Assembly: GCA_044866005.1 (NCBI GenBank)
Contig: JBIOTN010000167.1
Span: 1 to 25,151, forward strand
DNA from: Candidatus Rokuibacteriota bacterium
Lineage (GTDB): Bacteria; Methylomirabilota; Methylomirabilia; Rokubacteriales; DASRDR01
Direction: 5' to 3'
DNA: 25,151 bases
Positions 1 to 8,038 of the stretch are shown piece after piece. The position numbers and the translations under genes were made by a program. The stretch's first letter is position 1. Every line of letters starts with the position of its first letter. The notes below the pieces were generated by a model. The model ran no database searches, was not told the origin of the DNA, and worked only from the letters and a program-made list of their open reading frames with translations.

Positions 1-2
1 AG

Positions 3-1259
3 TACGACCTCGCGGTGCTCCACACGAGCACGCCGTCGTTCGGGAACGACGCGCGGGTGGCCGCGCGCCTCAAGGCGGAGAACCCGCGGCTCCTGGTCGG
101 GATGGTGGGCGCCCACGTCGGCGTGCTCCCGCGGGAGTCGCTCGCGGGCGCCCCCGCCGTGGACTGGGTGGCGGTCGGCGAGTTCGACCATGCGTGCGCC
201 GAGATCGCGGCGGGCAAGCCGATCCGCGAGGTCGCCGGGCTCGCCTACCGGGACAACGGGCGGGTCCGGTTCACCCCGCCGCGGCCGCCGATCGAGGACA
301 TGGACGCCCTCCCCTTCGTGGTGGACGTCTACCGGCGTGACCTCACCGTCGAGCACTACTTCATCGGCTACCTGCTCCACCCCTACGTGTCGCTCTACAC
401 GGGCCGCGGCTGCCGGTCGAAGTGCACCTTCTGCCTCTGGCCCCAGACCCTCGGCGGCCACCGCTACCGCGTGCGGAGCCCCGAGAACGTCGAGGCGGAG
501 ATGGCGCGGGCCAAGCGCTACTTCCCGCAGGTGAAGGAGTACTTCTTCGACGACGACACCTTCACGGACGATCTCCCCCGCGCGGAGGAGATCGCCCGGC
601 GGCTCGGGCGGCTCGGGCTCGTCTGGTCGTGCAACGCGAAGGCAAACGTGCCGAGGAAGACCCTGGAGGTCTTGCGCGACAACGGCCTCAGGCTCCTGCT
701 CGTCGGCTACGAATCGGGCAACCAGCAGATCCTGAACAACATCAAGAAAGGCCTCCGGCTCGACGTCGCCCGGCGGTTCACCCGGGACGCCAAGGCGCTC
801 GGGATCACGCTCCACGGGACCTTCATCCTGGGGCTGCCCGGCGAGACCCCCGACACGATCCGGGAGACGGTCCGCTACGCCTGCGAGATCGAGCCCGACA
901 CGATCCAGGTCTCGCTCGCCGCGCCCTATCCGGGGACCGAGCTCTACCGCCAGGCGCAGGAGCAGGGCTGGCTCGCCGCGCCGACGAACGATCTCGTGGA
1001 CCCGCACGGGGTCCAGGTGGCGGCGCTCTCCTACCCCGGGCTCTCCCAGGGCGAGATCTTCACCTCGGTCGAGGAGTTCTACCGCCGCTTCTACTTCCGG
1101 CCGCGGAAGATCGTCTCCATGGTGGGCGGGATGCTCCGCGACCCCGCGGTCATGCGCCGGCGGCTCCGCGAAGGCGTCGAGTTCTTCCGCTTCCTGCGGC
1201 AGCGGAAGACCGGGGTCCAGGCCCTGGAGCCCATCCCCGGCTCGGGCACCACGGCCTGA
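3..1259 (+). CDS. hpnJ: Hopanoid biosynthesis-associated radical SAM protein HpnJ (5' end outside window)
   Basis: Frame is open from nt 3 (YDLAVLHTSTPSF). It has CxxxCxxC as GRGCRSKCTFCLWPQT, and the segments HTSTPSF, YFIGYLLHPYVSLYTGRGC, FFDDDTFTD and HGTFILGLPGET match HpnJ. Confidence 0.9.
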   Translation, partial: YDLAVLHTSTPSFGNDARVAARLKAENPRLLVGMVGAHVGVLPRESLAGAPAVDWVAVGEFDHACAEIAAGKPIREVAGLAYRDNGRVRFTPPRPPIEDMDALPFVVDVYRRDLTVEHYFIGYLLHPYVSLYTGRGCRSKCTFCLWPQTLGGHRYRVRSPENVEAEMARAKRYFPQVKEYFFDDDTFTDDLPRAEEIARRLGRLGLVWSCNAKANVPRKTLEVLRDNGLRLLLVGYESGNQQILNNIKKGLRLDVARRFTRDAKALGITLHGTFILGLPGETPDTIRETVRYACEIEPDTIQVSLAAPYPGTELYRQAQEQGWLAAPTNDLVDPHGVQVAALSYPGLSQGEIFTSVEEFYRRFYFRPRKIVSMVGGMLRDPAVMRRRLREGVEFFRFLRQRKTGVQALEPIPGSGTTA

Positions 1260-3514
1260 GTCGGGAGGCGCCGCCGGGCCGGGCTCCGGCCGATCCCGGC
1301 CGCGCCGGCGCGCGGGGGTCCGCCCTCGCGCTCCTGGCCTTCGTCCTCGCCCTGGGAGCCAGCCACCTCCTCTGGGCGGCGTGGGACACGCGCCCGCCAG
1401 CCTGGGACCGCGCGATCCACCTCGACGCCGCGCTCCGGTGCGGGCGTCTGCTCGGCGAGGGGCAGTGGGGAGCGGTCCTCGGCCTCGCCGGGTACTACCC
1501 CCCGCTGACCCACTGCGTCGCCGGCCTCCTCCATCGCCTCTTCGGGCCCTCCCCGCTCGTCGCGCTGACGGTCATCCAGGGCGCGCTGGCCGTGGCGGTT
1601 TTCGCCACCTTCGCCATCGGGCGGGCGCTCGGCTCCCCGGCCCGCGGCCTGGCGGCGGGCATCCTCGTCGGGGCCTACACCGAGGTCTTTCTCGAGTCGC
1701 GCGTGTTCATGCTCGACCTGCCCCTGACGGCGCTGGTCGCGCTGACCGTCTGGGCCGTGGTCCGAAGCGAGGGCTTCGCCCACAAGGGCTTCAGCCTGGC
1801 GGCGGGGCTCATCGCCGGGGTCGGCCTCCTCGCGAAGTGGACGCTGCCCGTCTTCGTCGGGCCGGTCGCCGCGTACCTCTGGCGTCGCGACGGGCGCGGG
1901 GCGCCCACCGGCGCCCGCCGCCGTCACCTCGCCCTGGCGCTCGTCGCCATGGCGGCCGTCGCGGCGCCCTGGTATCTCCGGCACCTCACCCTGCCGCTCT
2001 CGCTCTTCCAGTCGGCCTACACCTACGGCGTGGTCGAAGGGGACCCGGGGCTCGACCGCCTGGCGGGCTGGACCTGGTACGCCCGCGCGCTCGTCTACCA
2101 GCTCGGCCCGCCCTTCGCCGCCCTCTTCCTGGTCGGCCTCGCCTTCGCGCGGCGGACGCGCGGCCTCGGGCTCTGCCTGGTCTGGCTCCTCCTGCCGCTG
2201 GCCTGCTTCACCCTCGTGCGGAACAAGGATTACCGCTTCACCATGCCCGTCCTGCCGGCCGTGGCGTTGCTCAGCGTCGGGTGGATCGATCGGCTTCGGC
2301 CGAGCCGCGCCGCCGTCGCGGTCGGCGGGATCGCCCTCGCCGTCGTGGGCCACGCGGCCTACCTTGGCTGGGGCTGGGGCGCGGACCGGCCCCTGGTCGC
2401 CTGGGTCCGCGAGCGCGCGGGGGCGTGGGGCGTGGAGCTGCCGTCCGATCCGCCGGCGCGGGAGGCCTGGCCGGGGGCCGCCTTGCTCGAGGCGGTCGTG
2501 CACGACCGCGCCGGCGGGCCCCGGCCGGCCCGGCTGAGCGTCCTCCCCGACCATCCCTACCTGTCGCGCTTCACGCTCCGCTACCAGGCCACGCGGGCCG
2601 GCTTGCCCGTCCGCGTGGTCCCGGCCTGGTCCGGTCCGCCGCTCTTCGTCGACTACGTCCTGACCAAGAGCGGCGCGCAGGGGCCGGACCAGACGACCGG
2701 CGAGGCGCGCGCCCTCATGGCGCGGCTCACGGCCGGCGACCCGACGCTCGTCCCGCTGCTGCGCCCGGTCACGGAGATGGCCTTGCCGGACGGCAGCCGC
2801 GCCGCGCTCTACCGGATCGCCTCGCCCCGGGTCCGCGGCGTCGGGGCGGACGCGGTCGTGGCGCGCCTCCGATCGCTGCCGCCGCGCGCGCTGGCCTGGT
2901 TCGCGCGGGACGTGGAGGGACTGCGGGTCGAGGTCGAGCAGATCTCGGAGCGGGAGACGCGCGGGGGGCATCTCGCGCGGCTCGCCGTGCGGGCCGACTC
3001 CGCGCGCCTCGGCGATTTCCGGCGGAAGCCGACCGCCCTCCGCCTGCGGGAGCTGGAGGTCGCGCTCGAGGACGTCCGCCTGAACCCCGAAGCCCTCGTC
3101 CTCCGGGACGCGCTCGAGCTCTTCGGCGCCGGCCGGCTGGTCGTGCGACGGGCCGTGCTGACGGAGGCGGACCTCCGTGACGGGCTCGCCGCCGCGCTGC
3201 CCGCGCTCCGCTCGCCGACCGTCCGCGTGCGGGGCGGCCGGCTCACGGTGACCGGGCGCCTCTACGGCATCGCGGTCGAGGCGGCCGTCCGGCCGGAGCC
3301 GGCCGGGACGGCGGCCCCGGCCCTCGCCGTGTGGCTCGAGCGGCTGCGGGTGGGCGGGCTGCCGCTGCCGGCCGCGCTCGGGAACCTCCCCCTCGCGGCG
3401 GCGAACCCCGTGGTCCAGGTGGAGGACCCGCCGTTCGCCATCGAGTGGCCGCCGCTTCGATTGGAGGACGGGCGCCTCGAGCTCGGGCCGCCCGCCGACG
3501 CGCGCGCCTCTTGA
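1256..3514 (+). CDS. GT-C fold membrane glycosyltransferase (family 39, ArnT/PMT-like) fused to a C-terminal LmeA/DUF2993-like domain; start uncertain
   Basis: About 10-12 hydrophobic segments, first-loop PPAWDRAIH, YYPPL, SRVFMLDLPL, LLAKW, PWY and NKDYRF motifs. The C-terminal ~220 aa is beta-rich (LEDVRLNP, LTEADL, LRLEDGRLEL). The ORF-track part 422-1255 is an hpnJ shadow. The only nearby in-frame start candidate is CTG at 1256. Confidence 0.75.
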   Translation: MSREAPPGRAPADPGRAGARGSALALLAFVLALGASHLLWAAWDTRPPAWDRAIHLDAALRCGRLLGEGQWGAVLGLAGYYPPLTHCVAGLLHRLFGPSPLVALTVIQGALAVAVFATFAIGRALGSPARGLAAGILVGAYTEVFLESRVFMLDLPLTALVALTVWAVVRSEGFAHKGFSLAAGLIAGVGLLAKWTLPVFVGPVAAYLWRRDGRGAPTGARRRHLALALVAMAAVAAPWYLRHLTLPLSLFQSAYTYGVVEGDPGLDRLAGWTWYARALVYQLGPPFAALFLVGLAFARRTRGLGLCLVWLLLPLACFTLVRNKDYRFTMPVLPAVALLSVGWIDRLRPSRAAVAVGGIALAVVGHAAYLGWGWGADRPLVAWVRERAGAWGVELPSDPPAREAWPGAALLEAVVHDRAGGPRPARLSVLPDHPYLSRFTLRYQATRAGLPVRVVPAWSGPPLFVDYVLTKSGAQGPDQTTGEARALMARLTAGDPTLVPLLRPVTEMALPDGSRAALYRIASPRVRGVGADAVVARLRSLPPRALAWFARDVEGLRVEVEQISERETRGGHLARLAVRADSARLGDFRRKPTALRLRELEVALEDVRLNPEALVLRDALELFGAGRLVVRRAVLTEADLRDGLAAALPALRSPTVRVRGGRLTVTGRLYGIAVEAAVRPEPAGTAAPALAVWLERLRVGGLPLPAALGNLPLAAANPVVQVEDPPFAIEWPPLRLEDGRLELGPPADARAS

Positions 3515-3550
3515 CGGGCCATCCGGAGCGCCCATAATCACGACAGGAGG
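3511..3550 (+). promoter_or_regulatory. Putative sigma-70 promoter and RBS for the diiron oxidase gene
   Basis: TTGACG (3511-3516), 16 bp, CATAAT (3533-3538); AGGAGG at 3545-3550, ATG at 3558. Confidence 0.6.
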
Positions 3551-3557
3551 CTCGACC

Positions 3558-4241
3558 ATGCCCGAGAAGAGCGCCTTCCGCAACGAGCTCGAAGCCGCGG
3601 TGAACGCCAAGCACAGTCGGCTCAACCCGTTCACCGAGCGCTGGGTCCGCGGCGAGCTCTCGCGGGGGCAGCTCGGGGCCTGGGCGGCCCAGCACTACCA
3701 GTACGTCTCCCAGTTCCCGCGCTGGTGCGCCGCCGTGTACGCCGACTGCCCGTACCCGGAGGCGCGCGACTTCCTGCTCGAGAACATCATCGAGGAGGAG
3801 TCGGGGACGAAGCACGTGGACCTCCTCGTCCGCTTCGCCGAGGCCTGCGGCCTGACGCGCAATCAGGTCGAGACCACGCGGCAGCTGTCGACCACGCGCG
3901 CGCTCACCGCGTGGGGGTACCAGATGTCGCACCGGCCCTTCTACGAGGCCGCGGCCGGGCTCCTGGTGGGGCTGGAGTCCCAGGTCCCGGGGATCTACCA
4001 GCGGAACCTCCCGCCGCTCCGGGAGCTCTACGGCTTCAACGACCGCGAGGTGGAGTTCTTCGCCATCCACATCGAGGCCGACCAGGTGCACGGCGACCGG
4101 GGGTACGAGATCGTCGAGCGCGCGTGCACGACCCCGGAGATGCGGGCGCGCGCCGCCGACGCCGTGCGCGAGGCGACGGAGATGCGCTGGCAGTACATGA
4201 CCGGCCTCTACCGCGCGTACGTCCTCAAGGAAGAGCTCTGA
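3558..4241 (+). CDS. Heme-oxygenase-like diiron oxidase (CADD/TenA/PqqC superfamily)
   Basis: ENIIEEE..KH, LESQ and HIEADQVH supply the E/H/E/H/D/H ligand set of CADD-type proteins; strong RBS. Confidence 0.85.
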   Translation: MPEKSAFRNELEAAVNAKHSRLNPFTERWVRGELSRGQLGAWAAQHYQYVSQFPRWCAAVYADCPYPEARDFLLENIIEEESGTKHVDLLVRFAEACGLTRNQVETTRQLSTTRALTAWGYQMSHRPFYEAAAGLLVGLESQVPGIYQRNLPPLRELYGFNDREVEFFAIHIEADQVHGDRGYEIVERACTTPEMRARAADAVREATEMRWQYMTGLYRAYVLKEEL

Positions 4242-4362
4242 CGTGGGCGAGGGCCGCGTGGCGCCCCTGGCGGGGGGCGAGATCCGGGTGGCGGCGTCGT
4301 GAGGCGCGCCGCCGGCCGGCCTCCGCGGCGCCGCCCCGGCCGATGACGGGGAGCGTGAGGCG

Positions 4363-4800
4363 GTGATCACGGTCAAGCGCCTGACGCTCGAGGACGCGAA
4401 GCTCATCCTGGAGGCGTGCGAGAAGAAGGCGCGCGACCTCGGCGTCGCCGAGACCATCTGCGTCTGCGACGACGGCGGCCACGCCATCGCCCTCCACCGC
4501 ATGACGGGCGCGCGGCTCACGGGCGTCGAGATCGCGCTGGCCAAGGCCTTCACCGCGGCGGGGCACCGGCGGGCCACGCACCTCTTCACCACGCCGCCCG
4601 CCGGGCCGGCCCTGCCGGGGAACGAGGCGTTCGGGATCCACGCCATGCACCCGGGGCGCTTCGCGATCTTCGTGGGGGGCTTCCCCATCGAGGCGGACGG
4701 CGCCGTGGTCGGCGGCCTCGGGATCAGCGGCGGGACCGGCGATCAGGACACCGCGGTCGCGCGCGCGGGACTCGAGGCGTTCCACCGCTCGATCGCCTAG
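4363..4800 (+). CDS. GlcG/HbpS-family heme-binding protein
   Basis: LTLEDAK, VCDDGGH..LHRM.GA, IALAKAFTA, GGFPI..GGLGISGGT..QD; 145 aa. Confidence 0.9.
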   Translation: MITVKRLTLEDAKLILEACEKKARDLGVAETICVCDDGGHAIALHRMTGARLTGVEIALAKAFTAAGHRRATHLFTTPPAGPALPGNEAFGIHAMHPGRFAIFVGGFPIEADGAVVGGLGISGGTGDQDTAVARAGLEAFHRSIA

Positions 4801-4910
4801 GAGCCTGTCGGAGTAAGCCGGCGCACCGCAACGCTCGGGACGTTCCACTCCGAGCGGCGGCTTGGCCGCCGCCACGACGGGGGGGCGTCGGAGCCTCCGA
4901 GACCCCCCGA
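4801..4910. repeat. REP/MITE-like double-hairpin element, copy 1
   Basis: Hairpin GCGGCGGC-TTG-GCCGCCGC (4854-4872) within CCGAGCGGCGGCTTGGCCGCCGCCAC, then a GGGGGG..TCGGA..TCCGA..CCCCCC hairpin (4880-4908). The core recurs at 11943-11968. Confidence 0.65.
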
Positions 4911-4930
4911 AGAGAAGAGAGGAGAGCACG

Positions 4931-5977
4931 ATGCCGCAGCACGAGCGCGATGGGGCAGGGCGCCTGGACATGCCGTTCGTCGGCATCCCGTCGTTCCTCC
5001 GCGCGGCGATCTGCACGAATCTGGAGACGCTCGACGCCGACGTCGCGATCATGGGGGCGCCCACGGACGAAGGATCGCCCTTCATGCCGGGCTCGCGGTT
5101 CGGGCCGCGGGCGATCCGCGAGCACTCCATCCGGTTCGGCATGGGCGGCCGGGGCTACTACGACCCCCAGGCCCGGCGGCACTTCCTCGAGCACGAGATG
5201 ACCCAGGGCGCCCTGGTCGACGTGGGCGACGCCGACGTCCTGCCGACCAACGTCGTCGACACCTTCCACAACATCACCGCCATGACGCGGAAGATCCTGG
5301 ACCGGGGCGCCATGCCGGTCGTCCTGGGCGGGGACCACGCCATCAGCTTCCCCATCGTGCGGGGGTTCAGCGAGCCCGTGCACGTCGTCCACTTCGACGC
5401 GCACCTGGACTACGCGCCGTTCATCCACGGCCTCGAGTTCACGAACGCCCACGCCTTCCGGCACATCACCCGCCTCCCGCACGTCCGGAGCCTCACCCAG
5501 GTCGGGATCCGGAGCCTCCGGAACAGCGAGGCGATGCTGGAGGACTCGCTCCGCGACGGCAACCGGGTGATGACCATGGAGGAGTTCCGGGACGTCGCCT
5601 ATCGCGGCGTGGTCGAGGCGGTCCCGAAGAACGCGCCCTGCTACGTCAGCCTGGACATCGACGTGCTCGACCTCTCGCTCGTCCCCGGCTGCGTCTCGGC
5701 CGAGCCCAACGGGATGCTCTACGCCGAGCTCCGCGACACGCTGATCGCGCTCGCCGAGCACGCGGAGATCGTCGGCTTCGACCTGGTGGAGGTCAACCCC
5801 CAGCTCGACGTCGGCACCGGCATCACCTCCTACCTGGCCGCTCACCTGATCCTCGAGTTCCTCGGGCGGATCTGCGATCAGCCGCGCTGGATCGCGGGGC
5901 GGGACGCGCGCGCGGCGCGGCGGCAGGCCCCGCGCCAGGCGCTCGGGCACGGCGCACCGGGCCCGCGCGGCGCCTGA
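4931..5977 (+). CDS. Ureohydrolase (agmatinase/arginase family), substrate unknown
   Basis: GSRFGPRAIR, GGDHAISFP, HFDAHLD, SLDIDVLD and DLVEVNP motifs; AGGAG RBS upstream of ATG 4931. Confidence 0.9.
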   Translation: MPQHERDGAGRLDMPFVGIPSFLRAAICTNLETLDADVAIMGAPTDEGSPFMPGSRFGPRAIREHSIRFGMGGRGYYDPQARRHFLEHEMTQGALVDVGDADVLPTNVVDTFHNITAMTRKILDRGAMPVVLGGDHAISFPIVRGFSEPVHVVHFDAHLDYAPFIHGLEFTNAHAFRHITRLPHVRSLTQVGIRSLRNSEAMLEDSLRDGNRVMTMEEFRDVAYRGVVEAVPKNAPCYVSLDIDVLDLSLVPGCVSAEPNGMLYAELRDTLIALAEHAEIVGFDLVEVNPQLDVGTGITSYLAAHLILEFLGRICDQPRWIAGRDARAARRQAPRQALGHGAPGPRGA

Positions 5978-6008
5978 GCGGCTCGGCGGCCAGAGGAGGC
6001 CAGCCCCG

Positions 6009-6956
6009 ATGGCATCCCCCACGCTCGTCGACGTGCACATGCACATCTTTCCGACGAAGGAGGCCGGCGACCGGCTGAAGGAGAGCTACGAGATCTGGGA
6101 GTACGGGCCGAAGCCGGACGTCCGCTTCAGCCGGTACCGCGGCGACGTGGACGACGTGGTCCGGGCCATGGCCGAGGCGGGGTACGCGCGCGCCGTCGCG
6201 GTGAACCTCTTCGCCGCGGCCCTCGCCCGCGAGGAGGCGATCGCGGAGCTGCCGGCCGAGCTTCGCGGCCGCGACCGGGAGCGGGCCATCGCCGACATCG
6301 ACGCCGCGATGCCGGAGAAGCTGCGGGCATTCAACCGCTGGGCCTGCGACCTGGCCCGGGCGCGGCCGGAGATCGTGCCCTACGTCGCGGCGGATCCGTG
6401 GGCGCTGCCCGGCGAGGCGGGCGCGCGGCACCTGCGCGAGCTGGCGGAGCGCCACGGGGCGCGCGGGATCAAGCTCCACCCGGTCGTCCAGCGCTTCGCG
6501 CCCGCCGATCCGCGGATGGGGCCGGTCTACCGCACCTGCGTCGAGCTCGGCCTCACCGTGCTCGCCCACTCCGGGACGGCGCGGGGCGTCGAGCAGTACG
6601 CCGAGCCGGCGGCCTTCGCCCCGCTCGTGCGCGAGTTCCCCGACCTCAGGCTCGTGCTCGCGCACCTGGGGGGCGGCTCCTGGCGGCAGACGCGCGACCT
6701 GGCGCGGGCGTTCCCGCAGGTGGCCTTCGACTGTTGCGAGATCCTCGAGTGGACGGGCGCGCCCGCGGCGCCCACCGACGCGGACCTCGCGCGGCTGATC
6801 CAGGAGATCGGGCCGGGGCGGGTGATGATGGGGACCGACTTCCCCTGGTACGACCTGGACCACACGGTGGAGCGCGTGATGGCGCTGCCGCTCCTCGGGC
6901 GCGAGGAGAAGGAGGCCATCCTCGGGGCGAACGCCTTCCGCATCCTGGGCCTGTGA
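6009..6956 (+). CDS. Amidohydrolase family protein (Amidohydro_2)
   Basis: DVHMH, GIKLHP, AHSG, AHLGG, GTDFP and ILGANA motifs; GGAGG RBS. Confidence 0.9.
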   Translation: MASPTLVDVHMHIFPTKEAGDRLKESYEIWEYGPKPDVRFSRYRGDVDDVVRAMAEAGYARAVAVNLFAAALAREEAIAELPAELRGRDRERAIADIDAAMPEKLRAFNRWACDLARARPEIVPYVAADPWALPGEAGARHLRELAERHGARGIKLHPVVQRFAPADPRMGPVYRTCVELGLTVLAHSGTARGVEQYAEPAAFAPLVREFPDLRLVLAHLGGGSWRQTRDLARAFPQVAFDCCEILEWTGAPAAPTDADLARLIQEIGPGRVMMGTDFPWYDLDHTVERVMALPLLGREEKEAILGANAFRILGL

Positions 6957-6976
6957 CCCTCGTCGGGGTCGACGCC

Positions 6977-7981
6977 ATGACGGACGGTAGGCAGGGACAG
7001 GGAATCGTGGACCGACGGGGGTTCCTGGCGGCGACGATCGCGATGCTGTGCCCGTGGCCCGCGCGTGCGCAGACGGCGCCGCCTCGGATCGGCTGGCTGT
7101 CCGCGGAGTCGCAGCCCGATCCATTCCTCGAGGGATTTCGCGAGGGGCTGAGGCGGCTCGGTTACATCGAAGGCCAGAACGTCGTGCTGGAGCTCCGCCA
7201 TGCGAAGGGCAACTTCGACGCGCTCCGGGCCGGCGCATCCGAGCTGACGCAGTCGAACGCGGCCATGATCGTCGCCAGCATGACCGCGGTCCGCGCCGTG
7301 CGCGGGGTCAAGGATCTCCCGATCCTCTTCGTCATCAGCGGCGATCCCGTCGAGGCGGGGATCGCCACGAGTCTGGCACGCCCGAGCGGGAACTTCACCG
7401 GCGCCACGTTTCTCTCCCTCGAAGTCGCGGGCAAGCGCGTCGAGCTGCTCAAGGAGACCCTCCCTCGGCTCCGCACGCTCGTCGCGCTCTCGAACACCGA
7501 GCATCCCGGGGAGAAATCGGAGCGGCTGGCCACGGAGATGGCCGCCCACGCGCTGGGGATCACCCTCCTCTATGTCCCGTTCTCGCAGTTTCCGTTCGGC
7601 CCCAGCCCCGAGCTGGACCATGCGCTGGAGCGCGCACGGCGCCTTCAGCCGGACGGGATGGTCGTGTTTCCCGAAGGCGCGACGATGGCGAACCGCGTGA
7701 AGCTGGCGCAATTCGCGGTCGCACAGCGCCTGCCCACGATGTTCGGCTGGAGCGAATACGCCGACGCCGGCGGACTGATGAGTTACGGCGCGAACCAGCG
7801 TGACGCCTTCGTGCGGCTCGCGAGCTATGCCGACAAACTGCTCCGCGGTACGAAGCCCGCGGAGCTGCCCGTCGAGCAGCCGACGCGATTCGAGCTCGTT
7901 GTCAACCTGAACACGGCGAAGCTTCTCGGGATCACGATCCCGCAGCCGGTCAGGGTCAGAGCGGATCGGGTGATCGAATAG
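6977..7981 (+). CDS. ABC transporter substrate-binding protein (PF04392, Trp/Tyr-type), stand-alone
   Basis: Tat-like DRRGFL signal, GDPV..G...SLARP.GN.TG, GKR.ELLKE, GGLMSYG and LPVEQPT.FELVVNL.TA. Alternative in-frame starts are GTG 6953 and GTG 7007. Confidence 0.9.
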   Translation: MTDGRQGQGIVDRRGFLAATIAMLCPWPARAQTAPPRIGWLSAESQPDPFLEGFREGLRRLGYIEGQNVVLELRHAKGNFDALRAGASELTQSNAAMIVASMTAVRAVRGVKDLPILFVISGDPVEAGIATSLARPSGNFTGATFLSLEVAGKRVELLKETLPRLRTLVALSNTEHPGEKSERLATEMAAHALGITLLYVPFSQFPFGPSPELDHALERARRLQPDGMVVFPEGATMANRVKLAQFAVAQRLPTMFGWSEYADAGGLMSYGANQRDAFVRLASYADKLLRGTKPAELPVEQPTRFELVVNLNTAKLLGITIPQPVRVRADRVIE

Positions 7982-8000
7982 ACCGGTAATCCCCGGCCCG

Positions 8001-8029
8001 TTGACGACGCCACGCAACACGGCTAGGCT
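8001..8029 (+). promoter_or_regulatory. Putative sigma-70 promoter
   Basis: TTGACG (8001-8006), 17 bp, TAGGCT (8024-8029); ATG follows at 8039. Confidence 0.6.
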
Positions 8030-8038
8030 CGGAGCGCC

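Noticed and set aside
422..1255. N-terminal 278 aa of the 1030-aa ORF
   Set aside because: Alternate frame inside hpnJ with R/P/G-rich composition.
3558..4241. Calling the gene pqqC
   Set aside because: It has a CADD-type metal ligand set, and no pqqA/B/D/E genes are in the window.
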